Source of the DNA: Epiperipatus broadwayi
Taxonomy: Eukaryota > Animalia > Onychophora
DNA length: 64,000 nucleotides
Assembly: GCA_028023455.1 (NCBI GenBank)
Contig: JAQFVV010000002.1
Coordinates: 26,722,001 to 26,786,000, forward strand
Direction of reading: 5' to 3'
A model generated the notes under the pieces. The model saw nothing but the letters and a program-made list of their open reading frames with translations, had not been told where the DNA came from and did not search any database. This document shows positions 63,350-64,000 of the stretch, piece after piece; within the stretch, counting starts at the first letter, position 1, and every line of letters begins with the position of its first letter. The position numbers were made by a program, and so were the translations under genes.

Positions 63350-64000
63350 CCCAGAGATGGAGATAGTTGCCAACAATAGAGTCTAAATACAAAAACCAAC
63401 CTGAAGAAAAAAAGGGCCAGAGAGAAAGCTGCTAATATTTTGAGATACATCACTAAATCTAAAAATAACTATTGGACATGCAATATTAACTGCATTAGAA
63501 ATTATATAGCGAAAGAAACTTCATTTGCTTAAAAGAAGATGAGGGCAATCAGCTGGTGATATTTAAAAAAAAGGAAGAGTTCGACAAGAAAATTAGCCAG
63601 CAAATTGGGAGTTTGTTTTATTGAAATAAAAGGTTATAATTTGAAAGCTAAAAAGGATAAATTTATTGCTTCAATTTTAAGAAAATACCGAGATAAATCA
63701 GTCAAAACTCTGAATACTACAAAATATATCCATTGGCTGCTCATTGTTCCTAGAATATTCATTAGTATAAAGCTTCACAAGGAAAAATTCCCATTTAGAT
63801 TGCTAATTGACTTTAGTAATTCGTATTTTTATAACTAAGTGAAAATTATTGCATCCTGGCTTATAGCTGACCTGGGTTTTGGATTGTACATTAAAAATCT
63901 ATGTACAAATTTGTTGAGAAAATCCAAAATCTTAAAAATAAATATTAGTCACAAAATTGCCTATCTGGACATCAAGGAATTATATGGGTCTGTCCTTTGT
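63350..64000 (+). mobile_element. Penelope-like element reverse transcriptase (decayed; runs off the window end)
   Basis: ICLKEDEGNQLVIFK (cf. I.KADKGN..VI), IVPRIFISIKLHKEKFPFRLLIDFSNSYFYN*VKIIASWL (cf. PR.YGLPKIHK..P.RPIV....TY.L.K.L..L) and YIKNL..KILKI..KIAYLDIKELYGSV (cf. Y.KNS..LD..SL.T.IP): PLE/telomerase-type RT motifs. Confidence 0.8.

Noticed and set aside
43-63453. Most short ORFs in the supplied track (e.g. 43-291, 12110-12433, 36292-36591, 52096-52326, 56772-56966)
   Set aside because: Phe/Ile/Leu/Tyr-rich products of AT-rich or antisense-to-TE sequence, often with non-ATG starts; not meaningful in an intron-containing eukaryotic locus.

Overview
AT-rich, intron-rich eukaryotic DNA, invertebrate/arthropod-like by inference. 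Two convergent host genes are present. The last coding exon of a KLHL28-like kelch gene is on + (1130-1293). The 3' half of RPAP1 is on -, with 13 exons traced from 59585 to ~18058 and consistent splice phases; its 5' half lies beyond the window. The rest is a layered transposon landscape: decayed RTE LINEs, a 5'-truncated Ty3/Gypsy pol, a Penelope-like (PLE) reverse transcriptase cut by the window end, tRNA-derived SINEs and many foldback/MITE-like elements. The main signal is two unrelated families of short non-coding retro-insertions carrying minimal type-I hammerhead ribozymes with palindromic stem III. Family 1 has about 9 segments at 6 loci and a fixed A.A mismatch at the base of stem II; family 2 is a triple-hammerhead palindrome at 3268-3686 with a fixed A9U core change. 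Family 1 inserts with a stereotyped architecture: a forward copy with a ~55-nt tail, an inverted tail-less copy and a 12-13 bp TSD. At least one more element (29161-29790) has this architecture without a recognisable hammerhead. One intact ribozyme is sense to the RPAP1 pre-mRNA and could be masked by its own inverted copy. Most ORFs in the supplied track are spurious or TE remnants. No CRISPR, rRNA or intact tRNA genes were seen.
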